Assembly: GCF_964204645.1 (NCBI RefSeq)
Contig: NC_134026.1
Location: 2,689,950 to 2,753,949 of the forward strand
Source: Tubulanus polymorphus
Lineage: Eukaryota > Animalia > Nemertea
DNA length: 64,000 nt
Direction: 5' to 3'
The notes beneath the pieces were generated by a model. It was given only the letters and a program-made list of their open reading frames with translations, ran no database searches and was not told the origin of the DNA. Shown here piece after piece: positions 56,452 through 64,000 of the stretch; position 1 is the stretch's first letter, and each line of letters begins with the position of its first letter. Made by a program: the position numbers and the translations under genes.

Positions 56452-57468
56452 ATGAATTTAACGAACAATAACAACAGATCGTCGTCGAGGGCGGCTGTTA
56501 TTGTGCGCAGATGTAGACTCCTGGCGATTGTTTGCTGCTTCGTGTTCATTGTATTAGCGTCGAAAACGTTTCGCGTGCCTCGCACGCTATGGAAATATAG
56601 TCGACTGACGCCCAGAACTGAATACATGCCTCCAACCACCATAACTATCGTCAAAGAACCGTCTTTACTGTGCACTGATGAGTTATACATTCTTGTTTTG
56701 GTTCACACCGATCCATCACATGTCAAAAACAGACATTTCATCCGCCAAACTTGGGGCAATCCTGAAAATTATGAACGAAAGACGAAAGTTTTATTTCTTA
56801 TGGCCGTATCGCCTTTCGAACTAGTAAATAAACAAGTTGAAAACGAAATCGTTAGGTATGGCGACATCGTACTGGGCGATTTCGTCGAAAGTTGGAAGAA
56901 TCTGACGTACAAATCAGTGATGGGTTTATCGTGGATGGTAGAAAGATGTCCGCACGCTAAATACCTACTTAAACTAGATGACGATATTCTTGTTGATGCA
57001 TTCAGGTTATTGGAGCTTCTCGGTTCTTTTACCGATTCGACAAAACGATCTCTGATTTGTTACGTAGTTGAAGATCTGCCGTTAATTCGTGATAAAACTG
57101 CTCGGCATTACGTATCGAAAACCGAGTATTTCGATGATCGGTTTGTTGATTACTGTTCCGGTGCTGCCTATATTATACCCGGGAATCTCGTACCGAAGCT
57201 ACTGATTTCATCGAAACGGGTGCCGTTATTCAAAATGGAGGACGTTTATATAACGGGAATGTTGGCAGTAGATGCGGGAATTTCACATTACAAAATAAAT
57301 CACGAATACACATTTCGCGAGGAGACCGATTGGACTCGGTATCAGAGCTCGAAAACGTATCATATCATTTTCACTTATCACGCCAAGGAAGAACATCTCG
57401 ATACGTTATGGGAACACTTTAAAAATCACCATCAATCCAAACCGACGAAAATGAAACGACTAAGTTGA
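56452..57468 (+). CDS. GT31 family beta-1,3-galactosyltransferase/GlcNAc-transferase-like Golgi type II protein (single coding exon)
   Basis: N-terminal TM anchor; motifs IRQTWG, DFVESWKNLTYKS, KLDDD (DxD), YCSGAAY and EDVYITG. Confidence 0.9.
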   Translation: MNLTNNNNRSSSRAAVIVRRCRLLAIVCCFVFIVLASKTFRVPRTLWKYSRLTPRTEYMPPTTITIVKEPSLLCTDELYILVLVHTDPSHVKNRHFIRQTWGNPENYERKTKVLFLMAVSPFELVNKQVENEIVRYGDIVLGDFVESWKNLTYKSVMGLSWMVERCPHAKYLLKLDDDILVDAFRLLELLGSFTDSTKRSLICYVVEDLPLIRDKTARHYVSKTEYFDDRFVDYCSGAAYIIPGNLVPKLLISSKRVPLFKMEDVYITGMLAVDAGISHYKINHEYTFREETDWTRYQSSKTYHIIFTYHAKEEHLDTLWEHFKNHHQSKPTKMKRLS

Positions 57469-57673
57469 AAGAACAGTTTTAAGTAACTTTTTATTTGTCA
57501 TTCTTTTTTATCTAAATAGTCATGGCTTTTTACTAAAATAAATCTATATCTTTTCATAGCACACAAATATGAATTCCTACCTGTTGAACACTATTTTTAT
57601 AAAGCGAAAAAATATATCTTATTGTTCAGTACGGAATAAAAATATAACAAATAACATCAATCTCTTTAACTTT

Positions 57674-60600
57674 CTACTTCAAAATGTCGTAATCTTTATG
57701 AAGTATTGTCCTTGGTTGTAATTTATTACAAATACTGTGCCCGTGCAGTTTTGCGCATTTATTATGTATATCTGTCGCTGACTTTCTGTCATGAAGATCA
57801 TTATAGATATATTTCAGTAACTGATACGCTCTTATCCTATTAGGATCCAAATCGATGGCTAATTTCAGTCTTTCGATTGCTTTTTTCGGTTTTCCGAGGG
57901 TTTTAAGCCAGCTTCCTTCGTACTCGAGAATGGTTGCGTTACGACCCAGCGGTATCATCTTAGCGATGTTTTGTAATTGTAAATTCACCGATGGATCGGT
58001 AGAACGCCGTAGAACCTTCATAGTTCCATACGAAAATACTTCTTCAAAACCGATATTTATGATCTTGCGTTTCCTGGACAATATCAAATAGTTGTACTGC
58101 GGATTATTGATGAGATGCTTCAAAACTAACGGAGAATTGTGTAACGTGATGTATTCTGATATCCGATTAAGTACGGAAACGTGGACGGTATCAGTTGACG
58201 TGAGGAAATTCACCGACGGAAGTTTCACTCGAGAGTTTTTGTCGAATTCGTTGAATTCATAATGAATCAAGGTGAACCACGACACGTCTTTGTGCAACAG
58301 CGAATATGCTCCGGTCATGTGGTAGGTTCTGTCCAGAAATATCCCGGTAACATCGTTTTGGGAGCCTACGTAATCCACGCAGATATTTATACCGTTCGAA
58401 TCCCATATTCCGCCGTAAACCCAACCGTAATTCGATTTATTCTTGGGACTAGGCAAATGCAAGTGACAATCGACGGAATAGATAATCAACAATCCATATA
58501 AGAGATATTTGGAAAGGTTTGTCAAATGTTTCATGGCTAAGTTCATCATAAATTCTATTTGCACCGCCACTAGCATTAGGAAGACTACAATCCCGTTATG
58601 AAGAAACCTTATTTCTTTATGGCCTTTGTTTGTGTAGAAAATAAGCAGAATTACGACGAGACAGAATAAACGGAAAGTCGTAAATAGTTTCTTTTCGAGT
58701 TTGTTTCCCGGAAGTACAAATGCCACGAGGACGACAATCAACGAACATAGCGAAAAACACGTCAACAATGTCATGGTTGTATCGTAGACGAAAATATGAC
58801 GAATATAAAACTGCGAATCGTTCCAACCGAAAAGATTCGTCGCAAGATCTCGAAATACGTTGAAACCTAGCCATTGGACGGGTGAAATGAACCACTTTCC
58901 GTAGCTCCATCTGTCGTCGAAACCACAAAATAATATCGCCAAGCCGAATCCCACTGCGACTAACGCTGACAATCTGATAGCACGATGCAGATTTTGAAAT
59001 GGCAGCACGAACAACGTGATTGAAAAGGCAAAAAACAAGATGAGATCTACTCGCATATAACACAATACACCCAACATTAACCCACTAGACATAAGTTCCA
59101 AGTACTCATGATAGTGTATCTTGTGATTTTTTGGTTTGGAAGTGTCATTTTTTGTAACGATCTTATCACGAACATTCTTATTTATATCTTCTTCATTCGC
59201 CTCCGCTTTTCTAGAAACAACACTTTCTCGGCTTCGGAAATGACGCACGATTACTTCTAAAACCATGAAAACAAATGGAGCCAATAAACTGTTTACGAGT
59301 GTATGGGTTCCTAATGTCGTCAGATGTAAAGAGAAACTGACTAAAATGGCTGCTATGACAGCTACATCGTTACAATTGGAGATAGTTGTAGCGAGTCGGA
59401 AGACTGAGACTGGCAGCAGTGATGCGACTGTTGCATGGAAGACTTTTGCAAACTGAAAAGATAAGAAAAGATAAGAAAACTGCAATGAATAACCATCTTC
59501 AAGTTCAAAAATTGTTTTAAAAGTTTGACCATACGATAATTCCAATATTTAAACGTCCAAAAGTCGAAAGATGACTTAAACTTAATAAAATCATTCACAT
59601 TCAGGGATGCAATAAACATTTTATGCAATTAGTTTAGTTTCCTTGTTATTCCTGATTAATCGAATCGCACAAAGGTGAGTACCACCAGTTTCACAACCAG
59701 CCTACCGTCTTAACGCCCAATCGGGCACACCTACCATGAACGGTTTCATCTGTGAATGGAGAAAGTCTTTCAAATGAAACAATATCATGTATATTCGTGG
59801 AAGCAGAAATGACCTCATGCTGTACATTCCGTACGACGCTTCTTGACTTTCAACAATTGAGGAATTTCCAGGTGGTGGAAGATATTCATATGCGCGAAAT
59901 CCGTAACCATACACTTCCGAGTGAGCGACTGCAAACACAAAAGAAGAGATAAAGAGATGATTTTTTCAAGAAATAATTTTTTATCAAATCGGGGAGAAAA
60001 AAGTTTTTAGATTGTTTTGGGTCAGGCTTCTCATTTTACTAAAAATATATAATTATTTTTTATTTAATCTTTTTGAAGGAATTTGTACAATTTTTCTAGA
60101 CAACGGTTTCGCCCGAAGAAATATCGATTTCTCGAGAACTGTATTTTCTTAATTTAGCCAGATATTCGTGAAAGAGCTCAACAGTATCCTGTTGGGACCA
60201 AAAATCTAGCTCAGCAGGACCTCGCTAAAAGCGTTTCGGTTCCTCTTCGAACGTATAATTACCAGTTCAAGTACACCGAAACAACTATTCAGAGCTTTTG
60301 AAACTGTTGACATTCATTCCCAGGCATCTCGCTGAGAAAATAAATGTGTGGCGTCTTGAAATAAAAAGTTTCAAGTGTCGCCACAGTGTATAACTTCTTA
60401 ATAGTTCAATATTTTGAAATCAGTCGTGCATTTAATGTACTGTCGTGAGAAAGAAGATTTTTCAACACGCAATAATCAGACGAATAAATTCATTGTGGAG
60501 AAATCTCCGAATAACGATAAATAAAGAACGTTTAAAGAAATATCGAGACAACATAAAATGTTAATGTTAAATCGTAAAAAAACGCTTTTGTTGCAGCACT

Positions 60601-61893
60601 GATCATTCGTCAATAAACCAGTACCAAACTAACAAATCTACTATTCAATATCGTGCTATTTGCAAAGGAAACCGTCAAGATAGAAAACATAAAACGCTTT
60701 TTCGCTCTGGTTCAGAGATTCTGTATTGAGTGGTGCCATAAAAAAACTGCAATGATGTGTAGGGGAATTTTTGTTTTGTCCCGATTTAGGTTTTGCCGAA
60801 TGCATTCCATTTTCCATCTAATGGAATACGAGATGTTGCATATTATGCAGGCGATTAACAGAACCGATAAATCAACTTTAGAAGGCAAATTAATTGTTTC
60901 GTGTAAAACCAACATTTCCTGCTAGACAGGATGCACATAGGAATATTGATTGAGTGCGCGGATTTATTTTCTAAAACCCAATTTGCGGTCGACAAGGAAT
61001 TTATCTAAAGCAAAATACAATAAGACCAATATATATATAACAACACATGCAATTGATTCAACTTCAATTTCAAGCTTTTCGAATATTCATTTCAAGAGTG
61101 ATAGTGGTATCATTGTGAAGTATGTTTAAAGATGAGTCTGGTAGAATAAAGAAATCCTATGGGAAATGTCAGTGTTTTGGTCTCTTGGTTGAAAGAGGAG
61201 TTTTACCTGTTACTGGTTGTTTAAGCATTGAATGATGTGACACTATACATGATCATGTTAAACAATTCAGATTGAAATTGAATAATTTATTGGTATATGT
61301 AATATAAACACGTAACACGCTTTCATCACGTTAACTTCCTTATAGATGTCAGCTTTTTATTTCAGAACGGTATCAAGCAATAACAATGAACTATGAATAA
61401 ATGCATTCTCGATATAGCAATTATATTCATAACCGATAAATTCAATGACTGAGTAAATAATAGTGATAACAACTTCATGATAGATGACAGCTCTAAAGCC
61501 ATATACTAAAAGTCGTTTCGTTTTCTCGCCATATGCCTCAATGAATTGGGAATCAGAGTTAAAATGCTGGTTAATAAAAAATATCAAGGATTTATCAAAC
61601 TATCTGAACTTACTCTCAACCGATTGGAAGACCTCATCCGGGTGCAGGATCCACATATTTTCTTTATCAGCTGCGATATTTAAACGTATCGCTACTGTGA
61701 CAGCGAATATGATAAGCGGCACCCATCGCGACTGAGGGAATATTAAACTAGCATCGTTGTGTTCCGCCCGAGATGAGGACATGTCTTTCGAAGTGTCAGT
61801 TGTTGACATTTTAGATGAATTCCTAGTAGTAATGTGCGTTTGTTTCCTCTGACGTTGTTGTCTGCCTCGTCCATATCTGTCCCCGAATGTCAT
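57674..61893 (-). CDS. Divergent GT22 (PIG-B/ALG9-like) polytopic mannosyltransferase with C-terminal TPR-like region (~750 aa; exons 61893-61614, 59928-59735, 59452-57674)
   Basis: HPDEVFQSVE-IAH..YGYG..YE...RS luminal motif, FDDRWSYG, HKEIRF and many TM segments. The exons sum to 2253 nt, in frame. The tail GSWLKTLGKPKKAIERLKLAIDLDPNRIRAYQLL fits a TPR consensus. Confidence 0.8.
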
Positions 61894-61954
61894 ATTGGCA
61901 TCTGCCACCGTTTACACACATGGAACACATGTTGATCGAATTACAAAGTCCTCG

Positions 61955-62050
61955 CGGTATATATAAGCCGATGGCACACGTGGTACACCGAATGAAAATT
62001 AATATCTGATTGGTTCTTCGCTAATTAGATATCGAAACACGCAGGATTGG
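61955..62050 (-). promoter_or_regulatory. TATA + CCAAT core promoter of the GT22-like gene
   Basis: TATATATA at ~61958-61965, CACGTG at 61977, and two CCAAT boxes on the minus strand (GATTGG at ~62008 and ~62045), spaced plausibly upstream of ATG 61893. Confidence 0.5.
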
Positions 62051-64000
62051 TCGAATTGATGTCCATGCAGAATTTAGAGAGCCGGGTTATTCGCCTAGCG
62101 GGTACGTTATTGTACTGACAAAACGTTATACCCCCCCTGTATGTCGTTAAATACTTGTCTAGTCTCGTACACAATGAATCACAACCAGAAATATTTATTC
62201 TAAATATATAGAATAAACACGTTTGGTAATCGGGGTTATTCTTCTATTGTTGATATATAGTACACGGAGTCGCTTGATGAATTTGTGACGATTTTTTTAA
62301 TCATAAATAAAGGCATTTTGTTCAAATATTTTTGGAATGCGTTTGATTGTTGGGACCCGAATGAAATTTCCGAGGTTGGAGAAATTAATTTCGCGGAAGA
62401 TCTCGGAAACCCTAATTTCGTCAAACACCTGAACTCACTGAACTCGAGCCCTTAGAAATGGGATTGATGTCAAAAAATAATCGCGATAAAAGGAACGAAG
62501 ATTTTAACCTATGTCTACAAAATATACGTGCGTTGCAGGTTACTCGAATAAACCGCCAGAGAAAATATTCCTGAATATGTTTTTTTTCTATTCTGTAAGG
62601 ATTGTTTCATGGCTTCGAAAATCAGATTAAATATCCAGCTGCTAACACTGCACAGACAAAAAACTGGACCCGGTAACACAGTCGTGAGCTTTAACCAACT
62701 GGAACCGGGTTCATTTTCAAGGCCCGATGATATTATCCGGGTAGATGGACTTATAATATACAAAGAAAACTACATAGACGTATATATCTTATCTCTCGTT
62801 TCATAATAGACGAATCTCGTGTTTTGTAGAGAAAGCGTAACGTCGTTCAATCGTAACAGCGCTTTGGTCGATGCTGAAACTTCCACATGGGTTGCCTTAA
62901 AGGATTGGTCGTGATCTATCAAATAGGTTATATCAGTGGTGCGATAGAAATCTAATTATTGCTTCTTATTTTGAGATATCTTCTGGTACTTATATGATTC
63001 AATTCGAATGGAAAAACAGAATAGCAATTCCGGATACTATTCTTGAAGAACTTTAGTTTTCTCGCCCCATTTCCAAGGGTTCTCTCGACATAAAAAAAAA
63101 ACAAAAAAAACTCAAAGGGCACCACCCAAATCGGAAGGAAGCCCCAGACGATTTGAGCCGGGATTACCTTTTTCAAATATTATGTCGTGTCTAGGGGTTC
63201 TAGAGAAAATTTGTCTTACTTTTCGTCAAGATAGACGGTGTTGCGCCCCTAATAGATCAATTTTTCTTGTACATTATTTGCAAAATTTTGTTGGTGACAC
63301 AATGCGGGATTCGAACCCACAGTGTCTGAGTGATGGCGAGCTCCGGGTTTTCCAAGAATTAGCTCCGACCCGGAAGTACACGCTGACATGCAAGCGGTGC
63401 GTGCTCTGCACGTCTACACAATTCTCAAAATCTAGCGTGCCCACACTGTGTGTTTATGGATGTGTTCAGTTTACGCGTCGAAGGAGATAATGTATGGATT
63501 ATTCTATTGTTTACTGCAGTTGTAGTGAACTGTTGTTTTGCTGGGAGGATAGTTTAGTGTGACCACTCATCACTTATTAAAACAAAAAAGTACAAAATGT
63601 TTTCTGCTGGTACTTCTCCTTCCTATAAACTTGTCGGGTTTGTCCATCATTGATTGACAGCTTTTGGACTGGTCCAGTTGCAAAGCTCTCCAGGAATGGA
63701 AATATCTGCTTGTTCTGACAACCTCTAAAGAGATACATGAATGAATATAGGAAGAAATTGATATAATAGGTGAGCAATTAATAAGGATATATAACCACAG
63801 GCACTTGAATATGGGCTTTGATAATGGATAAATATTTGATAATTTACCAGCGATACGTTAATCCTACTTTAATAGATCGCCATGTTTTATAATAAATTTA
63901 CCCATGATGCAACGCGCGCCAGTCGTTTAGCTATACTATACAGAAAGGCTGGAAACGATCCTATCTCCGTAATGCTTTAATCTACCCGCAGTTATCGGGA

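Noticed and set aside
58617-59063. 148-aa alternative-frame ORF, and similar shadow ORFs across the window
   Set aside because: They overlap well-supported coding exons in another frame or strand and show no recognisable motifs.
63292-63325. tRNA T-arm-like GTGGGTTCGAATCCCGC...CACCA on the minus strand
   Set aside because: No matching acceptor 5' strand, D arm or anticodon arm; probably a SINE or tRNA fragment.
62236-63777. Exon-like minus-strand ORFs at the window end
   Set aside because: Two segments (~62590-62508 and ~62428-62236) could splice in frame, but I recognise no homology and upstream candidates hit stops; not supportable without a database search.

Overview
AT-rich, gene-dense eukaryotic DNA from a compact invertebrate genome with short introns (lophotrochozoan-like by impression; the taxon cannot be proven from sequence alone). 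In order it contains: TMEM132 (-), head-to-head with PI4KA (+, ~47 exons, hosting an intronless antisense class A GPCR in one intron); TBCCD1 (-); TRMT2A (-), head-to-head with RANBP1 (+); Mondo/MLXIP (-); a GT31 beta-1,3-glycosyltransferase (+); and a convergent, divergent GT22 (PIG-B-like) mannosyltransferase with a C-terminal TPR-like tail (-). Non-coding content includes several MITEs, a tRNA-derived CORE-like SINE, Penelope-type minimal hammerhead ribozyme motifs, a U12-type intron, GC-AG introns and several frame-preserving cassette/microexon candidates. I found no CRISPR array, rRNA or intact tRNA, and no clearly new multi-gene system. The best novelty candidates are the GT22+TPR protein paired with GT31, the minimal hammerheads, a near-perfect four-way-junction element upstream of TBCCD1, the structured RANBP1 intron, the microexon clusters, and the TRMT2A/RANBP1 divergent pair inside a block of human 22q11/12q24 orthologues. 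Exon coordinates were read by hand and may be off by a few bases.
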